Assembly (NCBI GenBank): GCA_041391485.1
Contig: JAWKNY010000003.1
Span: forward strand, 104,360 to 168,359
Direction: 5' to 3'
DNA length: 64,000 nt
DNA from: Bdellovibrionota bacterium
GTDB lineage: Bacteria; Bdellovibrionota; FAC87; UBA2466; JACKAF01
Under the pieces are notes generated by a model, which saw nothing but the letters and a program-made list of their open reading frames with translations, searched no databases and was not told where the DNA came from. Below are positions 18,735 through 29,461 of the stretch, one piece after another (the first letter of the stretch is position 1; every line of letters starts with the position of its first letter). A program made the translations under genes and the position numbers.

Positions 18735-21700
18735 ATGCGGCTAAAACGCTTAGAATTACAAGGCTTTAAGTCATTTGTCGATCGCACCATTCTGCCGTTC
18801 GAACCGGGAATCACCGGCGTCGTCGGACCGAATGGGTGCGGAAAGTCCAATATTGTGGACGCCATCCAATGGGTGATGGGCGAGCAAAGCGCCAAGCACC
18901 TGCGCGGGGACTCGATGGCGGACGTCATTTTCAACGGCTCGGAGCACCGGGCGGCGACTTCCATGGCCGAGGTGAGCTTAGTCATGGACGCGAGCGGGGT
19001 GAATCTGCCCCCGCACCTTATCCCCATCGCCAAAGGCGATGAGATGGCCATCACGCGCCGGCTCTTCAGGGACGGTACCGCGGAGTACCTCATCAACAAG
19101 ACCCCCGTGCGCCTCAAAGACGTGCACGAAGTCTTTATGGATACCGGCGTGGGGCGCCGTGCTTATTCCATCATTGAGCAGGGCCAGATTGATCGCATGA
19201 TCAACGTGAAGCCCGATGATCGCCGAGGCATCTTTGAGGAAGTTGCTGGAATCACCAAGTATAAGACGAAGCGCCGAGAAGCGGAACGCAAACTCGAAGC
19301 CACTCGCCTCAACATAGAACGTGTCGACGATATCATCCGGGAATTGGACAAGCAGATCCGAAGTTTGAAGATCCAGGCCACCCGCGCCCGTAAGTACAAA
19401 GAGATTAAGGGCGAGCTTGAGAAGGTGGATCTCTTTCTCCTGGGACGTAAGCTTTTTTCCTTGCAGGAAACTCTCAATAGTTTGCAGGAGCAGCGGCTGA
19501 AGCTTCGCGAGGCCCGCTCGGCGCTGGAGACGGAATACTCCCGTTTTGAAGCTCAGTCGAGTGAGCTGGACGTCAAACGTGTGGACCAGGAACGCCTTTC
19601 GCAGACTGTTGAGGTGCAGGAGCGTGAATACACACTCAAGGTCCAGAAGCTTGAGAACCAGCTCGCCCTCTTTCAGCAGGAGCAGCAGCATATCGATCAG
19701 GCACAGCAGGCGCGTGCGCAGGAAAGCGAGGAGCTTTCCAACAAGCTCGTAGAGTCGGAACGCGAAACCGAAGAACTTTCTGAAGAGTTGCAAGGCCTAG
19801 AAAGCGCGCTTTTCTCGTCACGTGAAGCGATCGAGGCGAGACAAACAGAACTCACGGAAGTGCAATCGCGGCTCATCGAGGGTGAAAAAGAGCGGTCCCG
19901 GGCCCAGAAGGAACTTTCTCAGACGACCGAGAAGAGTATCTACCTCGAAAACCAACTCGAGCACGGACGCCAAAAAGAAGAGGAATTCAATGCGCGCAGT
20001 GAGGCGCTCAACGAACGCCTGACCCAATCGGTAAGCGCGCTCGACGCGGCCAAAAAAGCCGTCATTGAAGCGGACGAACGGGTAGCTGAGTGCCAGGAAC
20101 GCGGCCAGCGCGTCGAGAAAGAAGTTTCGGAGCTTTACCAGGAATGCCAGCAAATTTCGTCCAATCTTTCGGAAGTGGAAGATGAGCTTTTCCAAACGCG
20201 TGAGAAGTTTCACGGCATTCGTTCGCGTCTGGAATCTCTAAAAGAGCTTCAGGAGAACCTGGAAGGGTATTCGCCCACAGCCAAGGAAGTCCTGCTGAAG
20301 ATGGAAGTGGAAGGTGCGTTGCCGCTCGCCGAAGCCATGCAACCGGATTCAGACGTAGAAGAGCTGGTTGAGGTCCTCTTGGGCGAAGTCGAGCAATACG
20401 ATCGTCGTGCAGACGGCCGAGACGGCGCGGCTGATCGTTGAGAAAATCCGCGAGAGCCAGTTGGAACGCGTTGGAATTCTTGCGCTGGAGGAAATCCCTG
20501 CAGCGACACCTCAGGTGTGCCCCGTTGGCGCGCAACCGTTGATGGATCGCATTCGGGTCAAGCCAGGTTACGAGGCGGTCGCGCAAAAGTGGCTCGGCAA
20601 TATTTTTATCGTTGAAAACGATGAAACAGTCTTTGCGTTGCGTACACAAAATCCTGAAGCCACCTTCGTGACTCGAGACGCGCTACTTGCGGCCCACGCC
20701 AATCGTACTTTTACCTGTGGAACCACTCCGACGCGTCAGGGAATCTTTGCTCGTCGGCGACAGATCGAGGAGCTTGAGAAGCAGCTGAGCGAGGTCGAAG
20801 CTGAAGTCAGCGGTCTGGCGGCGCGACGGGAAGCCCTCTTGGCAGAACTCGAAACCCAAGAACGTCGCCACGCGGAGATGAAGGACAAACTTAGCTCCTT
20901 GCATGTGGAAGCGGTAGGCTATCGTAAGGAACGCGAAAAAGTTCAGATTGAAAGAGAACGGTCCGAGAAAGAGTACACACTCTTGACCGAAGAGTCTCAA
21001 ACCAACTCCCAGCAGCTGGATGATATCCGTGCCAAACTTGAAAACTGGGCTCAGGAACTCGGCGCCTTCCAAGAACGCAAGGTGGCGATGGAGCAGGAAG
21101 TGGAGCGTCTTGCCCAGGAGTTGGACGGTGCCCGCGAAAAGACGGCAGAAATTCAGAACCTCCTAAAGACTCAGCAGATCGAATATTCCAAGATGGAAGA
21201 ACGCTCAGCCGGTCTGGAAGAGAAACGAAACAGCCTGGAATCGCAGAATAGCCAGCTCCGGGTGCGCGTCGAAAGTCTCGCCAAAAAGACCGAGCAGGAT
21301 CGGGCGCGGCTTCAGTCCATTGAGGACGAAAGCGCGCGTGTACGTGAAGAACGCGATGAGAGTTCCGAACGTCGCAATGAGCTGGTCACACAGCTCTCAC
21401 AGGTGAGAGAAGCCTACGGCATCACCTGCCAGGAACTGAACGAAATTCGCCTGAAGAAGGAAGCCATCCAAGGGGAACGTTCGGCGGCTGCCGATCGCAT
21501 CCAGGAAGTGGAAATCCGGTTGGCGCACGAAGAATCCAATTTTGAACACCAGAAGAATATTTCTCTGGAACGCTACAACCAACAGGCGTCTCCACAGGAT
21601 GAGGCGGCACAACTCAACCTGGAAGAGGTCCCGCTTTTCCAGGGGCAGGTTAAAGACGAATGGCTTAGCCTACCCACCGAGGAAAAAGACGCGCTCATGG

Positions 21701-22332
21701 AAGAGCACGTTGAAAATCTGCGCGCCAAAGTGGGCCGCTACGGTGAGGTGAACCTCACCGCGATCAACGAGTTTGAGGAAGTGCAAAAGCGGCACGATTT
21801 CCTGACCACTCAGAAGTCTGATTTGGAAAACTCTATCAAGATCCTTGAGCAGGCCATTAAGCGCATCGACGAGACGACGGAACGCCGCTTTCGTGAGACG
21901 TTCGAGGGCGTGAACGAAAAATTCCAGGAGGTCTTTCCCATTCTTTTCAACGGTGGAAAGGCAAAGCTTGCTCTCACCAATCCCGAAAACATTTTGGAGT
22001 CCGGGGTCGATATCATGGCGATGCCGCCTGGAAAACGTTTGCAGAGCATCAGTTTGCTGTCAGGTGGAGAAAAGGCTCTTACTGCGGTGAGTTTGGTACT
22101 CGCCATCTTTGCGCGAAAGCCCAGTCCTTTCTGCTTGCTCGATGAGGTGGATGCGCCTTTGGATGAAGCAAACGTCTCGCGCTTTAATACAGTCATCAAG
22201 AAGATGGCCACGAAAAGCCAATTTATCCTGGTGACCCATAACCGCAAAACCATGGATATTGTGGATGCGCTCTTTGGCGTGACAATGGAGCAGGCTGGTA
22301 TTTCCAAGATGACATCCGTACGCTTGAACTAA
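18735..22332 (+). pseudogene. smc: chromosome segregation protein SMC, interrupted by one frameshift near 20400 (ORFs 18735..20441 and 20368..22332)
   Basis: N-terminal Walker A GPNGCGKSNIVDAI; long coiled coils; hinge ...GEVEQYD / IVVQTAETARLIVEK continues in the +1 frame; C-terminal LSGGEKALTAVSLVLAIF...LLDEVDAPLDEANV; total about 1200 aa. Confidence 0.8.
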
Positions 22333-22425
22333 GCCAAATGTGAAGCAAATTTGAAGACTCAGGCACGGGAACGCCGCCTATTCAGCCGCCGGTGATATAA
22401 TAGGGGCATCTACAAGGGGTGGGTT

Positions 22426-23301
22426 GTGGCGCGTATATTCTTACAAATCCTATTGTTGTCCTGCCTGGTGGTGGGCATCGGCCGTTGTTCTAAAAGCAGC
22501 GGTGGCGGAAGTTCCCTTCCTTGGAACGCTTATTCCTACTCCTTTGATGGAACGGGCTACGTTGAATTCGTGCCTTTTCGCACGCTGATGGATCTGGCGA
22601 TCTCTTCGGAGCTCACCAAGATGACCGTTAGCTTCTGGATTAAGTTTGCAAACCTGCCTGGAAACAGCACACGCCCGGTACTTGGCGCGACGACCAATGA
22701 CTCTTGGGAAGATGGTTTTGTTTTCTGGACCGGACAGAACTTAACAGACATTGGTGAAGGAGCGGGAATCAACAAGCTTCGGTTTGGCCCCAACGACTGG
22801 AACTCCCAGGAAGCGGGGATTCCCATGACGGATTTCACTACCGATACGTGGTACCACGTAGTAGGCGTTTACAATGAGAATGGTCAGGTCTCCAATGCAC
22901 AGAACGTGCAGATTTATCTCAACGGGACTCTCAAGGAGCAAATCGGCCTTGCATCGGGTTTTGAGAACTTTCGTGAACCGACTGCGGGGACTGGAAAACT
23001 GCAGTTCGGTCGTTCCCAAGACACCAACCGCCTAACGGGTCAGTTGGATGAAGTCGCCATTTGGAAAGACAATCTGACTGCGGCGGAAATTGTGGAGCTC
23101 TACAATAGCGGCACTCCGTTCCGCCCCACCACCGAGCAAGGAGACTACACCTCTTCTGGGGATCTCATGGGATACTGGGACATGGGAGACGGGAGTACTT
23201 TTCCTACCGTAGACGATCGCTCGGGCAACAGCCAAAATGGAACGGCGACGAGCTTGAGTAGTAGTGCGGTTGTTGCAGACAGCCCAGGTGGATCTGAATA
23301 A
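22426..23301 (+). CDS. secreted LamG/concanavalin-A-like lectin domain protein
   Basis: Signal peptide; WYHVVGVYNENGQVSNAQNVQIYLNGTLKEQ and LTGQLDEVAIWKDNLTAAEI resemble LamG-like jellyroll domains. Confidence 0.5.
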   Translation: MARIFLQILLLSCLVVGIGRCSKSSGGGSSLPWNAYSYSFDGTGYVEFVPFRTLMDLAISSELTKMTVSFWIKFANLPGNSTRPVLGATTNDSWEDGFVFWTGQNLTDIGEGAGINKLRFGPNDWNSQEAGIPMTDFTTDTWYHVVGVYNENGQVSNAQNVQIYLNGTLKEQIGLASGFENFREPTAGTGKLQFGRSQDTNRLTGQLDEVAIWKDNLTAAEIVELYNSGTPFRPTTEQGDYTSSGDLMGYWDMGDGSTFPTVDDRSGNSQNGTATSLSSSAVVADSPGGSE

Positions 23302-23304
23302 ATC

Positions 23305-24641
23305 CTACAACAAGGTGATTTTGTGGCGGTGTGCTTTTACGTCGCGTGTGGCGTTGCGCGTGTCAAAGATCAGCTTTGCGTGCGTGGCGACCATGTTGTA
23401 ATCGACGTTTGCATCCTCGTTCGTGATCAGTACAGCGTCGTAAGACTGAATATTCTTTGGCGTGAGTTGGACTGAACGAAGCGGTGGATCCAAATGGAGA
23501 ACTTCCGGAATTCTCGAGTCATAGTAGTGGACTTGTGCTCGGCTTGCTTGGAGTTTGGTGATGATGTCGAGCGCGGGCGCCTCGCGGCTCTCGTCCGCAT
23601 CTTTCTTGTAGGCGACTCCCAAAACCAGAATACGTGACTGGGATAAAGCGTTGCCTGCTTTGTCCAGAAGCTCTCGCAAACGGGTGACAACGTAATTGGG
23701 CATGTGCCTATTAATCTTTCCAGCGAGCGTGATGAACTCGGTATTGAAGTTGATCGCGCGCGCCTTCCATTCCAGATAGTGCGGATCCAGGGGGATGCAA
23801 TGCCCGCCGACTCCCGGTCCTGGGTAAAAAGGTAAAATGCCAAAGGGCTTGGAAAAAGCTGCATCTAGAATTTCCCAGATGTTCAGACCCATTTCCTTCG
23901 AAAGCATGGCCATTTCATTCACGAGTGCGATGTTTACGGAGCGGTAAGTATTTTCGTAAATTTTGACCATCTCGGCGACCCAGGCGCTGGAGACGGAAAC
24001 AATCGTATCAATAAATTGAGAGTAATAGGCAACGGCGATTTCCAGAGACTCAGTGCCGAGCCCGCCCACGACTTTGGGCGTATTTCTCACATTGAACTTT
24101 TTGTTCCCGGGATCGACGCGTTCAGGGGAATAGGCGAGAAAAAAATCTTCTTCCACTTTTAGGCCGGACTTCTGCAATATCGGGAGCAGTTCTTGCTCTG
24201 TGGTTCCCGGGTATGTGGTGGATTCGATGCAAACAAGCTGCCCTGGCTTTGGTATCTCCGCGATCTGTTCACACGCTCGGTGTAAATACGAAAGATCGGG
24301 GCTTAGGCTCTTTGATAGCGGGGTCGGCACCGTTACGATAAAAATGTCGACCTCAGGAAGGTTGGCGTAAGAGGACGTCGCGCTGAGCTTGTCCTTCAGG
24401 AAACTTTGAAAACTTGCCGCTGATGTCGTTTTTAAATAACTTTACCCGATTGTACCATCTTGGCCCGGAATTCATTCGTGTCTACGCCTACAACTTTGAA
24501 TCCTGCTCGGGCTTGCTCGATGGCTAGGGGCAGACCCACGTAGCCGAGTCCGATGACGCAGCTGACGGCCGACTTATCCCAGATCTTTCGCAACAGGTCC
24601 TCTTTGTAAGAGTTCCGTTCAATTTTGCGAGCTGGGTTCAC
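23305..24641 (-). pseudogene. UDP-sugar (UDP-ManNAc/UDP-GlcNAc) 6-dehydrogenase, one frameshift (ORFs 24432..24641 and 23305..24330)
   Basis: 69-aa N-terminal Rossmann VIGLGYVGLPLAIEQARAGFKVVGVD plus a 341-aa remainder with ...ESTTYPGTTEQ and GVAYKKDADESREAPAL characteristic of the nucleotide-sugar dehydrogenase family. Confidence 0.7.
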
Positions 24642-25909
24642 CGATCGTTACTCCATACGCAGATTACACTATGCAAGTTCTTATCGGTGAGAGGAACGGT
24701 TGTCTTTAGGGATTCGGACGGGGGTGAGCTTGTGAAAAGTAGTTCAGGATGCAACCGGAATTTCTGCCGGAGGCCGAAGTCTCGTTCAGCCGTTGAGCGC
24801 GCTTGCTGAGAAAATTGCGTGCGCTGATCAGCCCCACTTAGAAGTCGCTCCATCGCACCGGCAAGGGCCTCCGGTGAGCGTGGAGGATGAGGGAGGACTC
24901 CGGCCCCCTCTCCTACCGCGTCTGGGATTCCCCCTACCGCACTAGCAATCGCCGGAAGACCGCAGGCCATGGCTTCCATCAACGCGTTGGGCATCCCTTC
25001 GATATGTGACGGGAGGATAAAGAAATCGGCTGTTTGATACCAGGCCGCCATTTTTTCGGGCGCGACGTAACCGCAGAAACGTACGTTGCGCTCCAGATTC
25101 ATTGCCTTGGCCTGTTCTTCCAAGCCCTTGCGCTCCGGTCCCTCACCACAAAAAACGACGATTAATTCGGGGTATTTCTGACGGATTTGCTTCAGAGCGT
25201 TAAGCAGATCGTACACACCCTTGCGGGTTTGGAGATAACCTGAAAAAACTCCAATCGGTGGCAGTGGCGGTAAATGCAGTTGTTGGCGCACCGCCTTTTG
25301 ATTCGCAGTGGGTCTGAACAAATCCAAGTCTACGACGCCGTAAATGTTGAGTGCTTCTCTCTGAGCGTATCGGTAAACCCTATCCGCCAAGGCTTTGCCG
25401 CAGGTCATGATTCCGTCTGCTAGCTTAAGGATCCGAGCCGCGTGCTGACGCATGCCTTCGTTTCGCTCCGAAGTCTGCATTAGATCCACGCCGATTGCAG
25501 AGCACATGGTAGGTAGATTTAACTTTTTCCCTAAACGAACGGCTGCATCTCCAGATGGAAAAATGTCGTAGCCGTACAGTTTGTCAAAGTCGCCCCGTCT
25601 ATCACCTAGCAGGCCCTTGCAAGCTAGGTAGAGGAAATAACCTGACCATCGGTTGAACCAGGCGCCAGGGAGCCGAAGGTAGCGGATGATGCGGACCTTT
25701 CCACCGGCAAACTCGCTTGCGCGCACGGCGGGTCCTAGGTCTTGCCACTTTCTAAATAGATAGAGCGGCCACGGACAAAGAGGGAGTGCGAGCCAAACTT
25801 CTATTTTAGCTCCTTCGCTTTGAAGCCCCATTAGCTGACGGTAAAGGAAGATGCCGTTTCTTTCGTCAGATGAATTTGGAAATAGATTTGTAATTGTGAG
25901 GATACGCAT
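24638..25909 (-). CDS. glycosyltransferase family 4 (GT-B, group 1)
   Basis: C-terminal GT1 motif FILPSHIEGMPNALMEAMACGLPAIASAVGGIPD; 423 aa. Confidence 0.75.
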   Translation of the reverse strand: MRILTITNLFPNSSDERNGIFLYRQLMGLQSEGAKIEVWLALPLCPWPLYLFRKWQDLGPAVRASEFAGGKVRIIRYLRLPGAWFNRWSGYFLYLACKGLLGDRRGDFDKLYGYDIFPSGDAAVRLGKKLNLPTMCSAIGVDLMQTSERNEGMRQHAARILKLADGIMTCGKALADRVYRYAQREALNIYGVVDLDLFRPTANQKAVRQQLHLPPLPPIGVFSGYLQTRKGVYDLLNALKQIRQKYPELIVVFCGEGPERKGLEEQAKAMNLERNVRFCGYVAPEKMAAWYQTADFFILPSHIEGMPNALMEAMACGLPAIASAVGGIPDAVGEGAGVLPHPPRSPEALAGAMERLLSGADQRTQFSQQARSTAERDFGLRQKFRLHPELLFTSSPPSESLKTTVPLTDKNLHSVICVWSNDR

Positions 25910-26003
25910 TCAAGTGCCAATGCCGAGCCGTGGAAAAAAACGTTCCGATGCAATATCGGCAAAAACTCCGAAAGCCTTGAGGAAATAAAACTAAGGTTGG
26001 AAT

Positions 26004-26076
26004 TCGGGGCGGCCGGATTTGAACCGGCGACCCTCTGCTCCCAAAGCAGATGCGCTAGCCCCTGCGCTACGCCCCG
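26004..26076 (-). tRNA. tRNA-Pro (anticodon TGG)
   Basis: Reverse complement CGGGGCGTAGCGCAGGGGCTAGCGCATCTGCTTTGGGAGCAGAGGGTCGCCGGTTCAAATCCGGCCGCCCCGA folds as a cloverleaf: 7-bp acceptor, D arm, anticodon loop TTTGGGA, T arm GCCGG/TTCAAAT/CCGGC; 73 nt without CCA. Confidence 0.8.
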
Positions 26077-26135
26077 ACAGAGTAGCGCCATATATAGCAT
26101 TCCGGGGACGGACTGCCCACCTTTTTGCGAGAAGC

Positions 26136-27074
26136 TTAGAGATCGACGTTAAAGCCGTGCAAACTGGACATTGCGGTTTGGACCGTTTCCGAGAACAGGT
26201 TTTCACGGGTGTAATCCAAGATCGACTGCCACCAACTGAGGTGGGACGCGAGTCGGCTCTCTTCTGTTTTGAAGCGACCTTCATAGGTAAACGCGAGGGC
26301 GCCGTACGAAGCAAAGTAATAGTCTTTGGATGTACCCGTGGGGGTGTAACCCAAGACTTGGCCCGTGGCTCCAACCGTTACGCCCAAATCCTTGCGCGCC
26401 ATATTTCCGATGGCGCGGTGGTGACTCAGCTGCGGTTCCGGCAGATCGTCTTGGGTGTAAGACCAAGGGGTTAACAGAGCGCCAGCGCAGCAGTGGTAGT
26501 CGATGGTAACGGCGTAACGCAAACTGTGCTGAAGGCGCAGTTGCTCAAGAGCCTCGGAGAGCGCTATGGATTCACGTTCCTTGAAACCTTTGAAACCCGC
26601 CGGAGGCACATCCCAGTCTCGATTGAGATCGACGCCGCGGGCATTAAATCGGCTGCGCTTTTCGTAACCGTCCGGGTTCACAATAGGGATAAAAACCAGC
26701 ACGCCGCCGGCGTCAAGGAAGCGCGAAACGCTGGAACCCTCTTTTGACAGCCGCAGCAGTTCTGCCGGCAAGCGATCTTCAATGTGCAGGTATTCGTTTC
26801 CGTGTGTCGATCCGGACATGACAACGGCAGTGCGGGGGAGCGCGGCCTGGTTCTCTTTCATCGCGACCATCATCTGCAAGCGCCGGCCCTCATAGCTGGT
26901 GCCGTAGATTTGTAGAGAGACCAAATTGGGGTAGGCGGCTTGTAGATCCTCCTGGAAGCGAAGGATCGTTTCATACGGGGGGCCAAAAATCCCGGAATCA
27001 CCCCGTGACACGCCGTCCGAGGCGATGGCAGTCGTAGCTGTCACTAGAAGAATAAGAATTGATAGGATTTGCAT
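26136..27074 (-). CDS. secreted M14-family zinc carboxypeptidase-like protein
   Basis: Signal peptide MQILSILILLVTATTAIA; HGNEY zinc-ligand motif; TIDYHCCAGALLTPWSY. Confidence 0.65.
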   Translation of the reverse strand: MQILSILILLVTATTAIASDGVSRGDSGIFGPPYETILRFQEDLQAAYPNLVSLQIYGTSYEGRRLQMMVAMKENQAALPRTAVVMSGSTHGNEYLHIEDRLPAELLRLSKEGSSVSRFLDAGGVLVFIPIVNPDGYEKRSRFNARGVDLNRDWDVPPAGFKGFKERESIALSEALEQLRLQHSLRYAVTIDYHCCAGALLTPWSYTQDDLPEPQLSHHRAIGNMARKDLGVTVGATGQVLGYTPTGTSKDYYFASYGALAFTYEGRFKTEESRLASHLSWWQSILDYTRENLFSETVQTAMSSLHGFNVDL

Positions 27075-27131
27075 GCCCCCTCCCGCCCTTAAGAATACTA
27101 CGGAGCGGAGGCAGGAGCCCGATGCGTCGCG

Positions 27132-27800
27132 TTACGGTTTCTCAACTAGGAGTTCAAAGCACGGTTGCTGGGTCGAGAGGAACCCCGACTCAAACTTCGT
27201 GCGACCCGATGGGAAACGATCGAGAAAGTTGAGGGGGTGGGGGGTCAGCACTCCCTTCTTGAGCTGCCGTAGCGAGAACTTTTTGTCGCAGGTATAGGCG
27301 GCTTCCTCTATATAAAACTCCTGGTCGCTAGCCCAAATCAAGTGTCCACCGGGGCGGATTTTTCGCAGCAGAATTTCCATAAAAGGGTGGAGGTACCACC
27401 GGTTTTTCCGCTCCGAGGTTTTGGGCCAGGGGCAGGGATACAGAATGTAAACCCGGTCCAGCGCCCGATCTGGAATGTGGTGCATCACCCAGGGGACAGC
27501 ATTCGCGCGCAGTCCGATGAAGTTGTCGAGCCCAGCGCGTAGAGCCCGCGTCTCGAGCGTCTTCCCACGGTGGCGATCCCGTTCGATGGCTAAGAAGGTA
27601 TTTTCAGGTTGCTCAACTGCCAGCTGACGGAAGAAGCTCCCGGTTCCGGCCCCAATTTCCAAGTACAGCGGCCGACTGGAATCCCAAGTGGGGCGGATCG
27701 GGTTGCGAGGTGTGTAACGTGCCCATTGAGACTCAAAGCGCGGGTTCACCAGACATTCAAAATCCCAATCCAGACGCCGATAGCACGATTCAGACAGCAT
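27132..27800 (-). CDS. trmB: tRNA (guanine46-N7)-methyltransferase
   Basis: SAM-binding LEIGAGTGSF; TrmB blocks YILYPCPWPK and GGHLIWASDQEFY. Confidence 0.75.
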   Translation of the reverse strand: MLSESCYRRLDWDFECLVNPRFESQWARYTPRNPIRPTWDSSRPLYLEIGAGTGSFFRQLAVEQPENTFLAIERDRHRGKTLETRALRAGLDNFIGLRANAVPWVMHHIPDRALDRVYILYPCPWPKTSERKNRWYLHPFMEILLRKIRPGGHLIWASDQEFYIEEAAYTCDKKFSLRQLKKGVLTPHPLNFLDRFPSGRTKFESGFLSTQQPCFELLVEKP

Positions 27801-27841
27801 AGGGCCGTTTTAACGAATCCCGACGGCTAAATCAATATTGG

Positions 27842-28783
27842 CTAGCGCTCGAATGCTGAGGGGGAGGGGAACTTTTTGGAGAGAACTGCCGAAATTGCCT
27901 CAGGCTCACCCGCGTTGATGCATAGAACCCGCGGGGGGTGGAGCAGATGCAGTCCGATCTCCTGGAGCCCTCCGGCGGGGTGACGGAGCCCCCAAATGGA
28001 GCGTCGGAAAATCCGCGAGAGTTTTTCTCTCAGAGTCCACTCGTGCATTCGTACAAAAGGCCTGTTTTTCGCAATCGTCTCCTGATCGCGAATCATTAGA
28101 TAGGGCACGAGGTGATTGAGAAAGGCGATTGAGTCCGACGAGCGAGTTCTGGAACGGGCGTTTCTCACTAGAGCATCGGGGAATTCATGCCACGCGCGCT
28201 CCGCTGTGCGTATTTTGCAGGAGTAATAGCCGTGTGCCACGTTCTTGCGCGGCGTGGTTGTCGCTCCCAGAAGCTGTTCTGCGTTCTTTAAAGCTTGGAC
28301 CCAAGGGGGGTCATTATCTTGGAGAGGGGGGCTGGGGGTATCAAACTCTGAAAGATAAGTCACCGCCTTTCCATCCACAAAAAAGGTGGAAGGCGCACTC
28401 GGGCGAATCAAGAATGTATCGTCGTTCGTGCAGACGAAATCCTCAAACAAGCCAGGGATTCGGTGAACAAAGCTTTCGATGACGTACGAGGAAAACGTCG
28501 GCAAAAACTCACTAGGGATAAACGCGGAGTGTGGGATTAGAGTCAATCTGTCGTGGAACGATCTTAGCCACGGTGGCTGCTGCATGTCGTCATGCACTAG
28601 AAAGATCCTGCGAACCCAGGGGGCATTTTTTTCGATCGATCGGAGCGCAAAGCGCAGCTCCTCTGCTTGTTTGTAGCGTGCAGCGAATGCCTCCCCCTCT
28701 GTTGCTCGATTGCCGTTGAACTGCCGGTAGCTATCCAGCCATTTGGGGTCTTGGCCATCCACCCAAAGCACCACGATGTCCAC
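27842..28783 (-). CDS. Stealth-family (CR1) capsular polysaccharide phosphotransferase-like protein
   Basis: N-terminus MDIVVLWVDGQDPKW matches Stealth CR1 (VDVVYTWVNGSDPxW); 313 aa; sits in a capsule-type locus. Confidence 0.6.
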   Translation of the reverse strand: MDIVVLWVDGQDPKWLDSYRQFNGNRATEGEAFAARYKQAEELRFALRSIEKNAPWVRRIFLVHDDMQQPPWLRSFHDRLTLIPHSAFIPSEFLPTFSSYVIESFVHRIPGLFEDFVCTNDDTFLIRPSAPSTFFVDGKAVTYLSEFDTPSPPLQDNDPPWVQALKNAEQLLGATTTPRKNVAHGYYSCKIRTAERAWHEFPDALVRNARSRTRSSDSIAFLNHLVPYLMIRDQETIAKNRPFVRMHEWTLREKLSRIFRRSIWGLRHPAGGLQEIGLHLLHPPRVLCINAGEPEAISAVLSKKFPSPSAFER

Positions 28784-28858
28784 TGACTTCCTCCGCGTTT
28801 ATTTTACCCCACTTCGGCCGGTGTTGCCGTAGGGCTAGGGATCTGGTTTTCTACGCAG

Positions 28859-29461
28859 ATGGAATTAGTCATGCAAACGCCTGCCTTCAGGGCGGGCAGG
28901 CTTTGGTTTAAGTACCGGGGTTTGTCACCGGTACCTGTCTTACTCTTCGTTTTGGTGATGCCCATCGTATGGGTGCCCCCGGTAACGTCGCGCTACTTGT
29001 TGATAGGGCTGATCCTGGCGTCAGAGGCTCTACGGGTCTGGGCAGTCGGGTACGCCGGAAGCGTTACCCGCACACGGCAGGACGCGGTGAATTCGCTGGT
29101 ATGTGCCGGACCGTTCCGCTATGTTCGCAATCCGCTCTATATTGCGAATATCACCATGTACGTATCCTGGGCCGTTTTGTTTGGTTTGGGAACCTACGCG
29201 GTGCTTGCTGCTGCTTTTTTTGTGATCCAGTACTCGCTCATCGTTCGCTATGAAGAAGGCATTTTGACAAGTACGTTTGGCGAGGCGTACCGGGAGTATC
29301 AAAAGCGGGTGCCACGTTGGTTCCCGAGGTTGAGCCGCGCTTCGAAGGCTAGTGAGCACCCCTTCCAGTTGGTGCCGGCGCTTAGAAGCGAACGTAGCAC
29401 GTTTGTTGCGATGGCCCTGACCGCCGTGGCTTGCTGGTTGAAAGTACGAGGTTTTTACTAA
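28859..29461 (+). CDS. isoprenylcysteine carboxyl methyltransferase (ICMT/PEMT) family membrane methyltransferase
   Basis: Multi-TM; conserved RYVRNPLYIANITMYVSWAV...EEGILTSTFGEAYREY block. Confidence 0.65.
   Translation: MELVMQTPAFRAGRLWFKYRGLSPVPVLLFVLVMPIVWVPPVTSRYLLIGLILASEALRVWAVGYAGSVTRTRQDAVNSLVCAGPFRYVRNPLYIANITMYVSWAVLFGLGTYAVLAAAFFVIQYSLIVRYEEGILTSTFGEAYREYQKRVPRWFPRLSRASKASEHPFQLVPALRSERSTFVAMALTAVACWLKVRGFY

Noticed and set aside
18978-19793. 271-aa minus-strand ORF
   Set aside because: Antisense to the smc coiled-coil region; Leu/Lys-rich mirror of the coiled-coil codons
20368-20441. Possibility that the smc frame change is a programmed ribosomal frameshift
   Set aside because: No slippery heptamer or downstream structure apparent at the junction; a simple indel is more parsimonious
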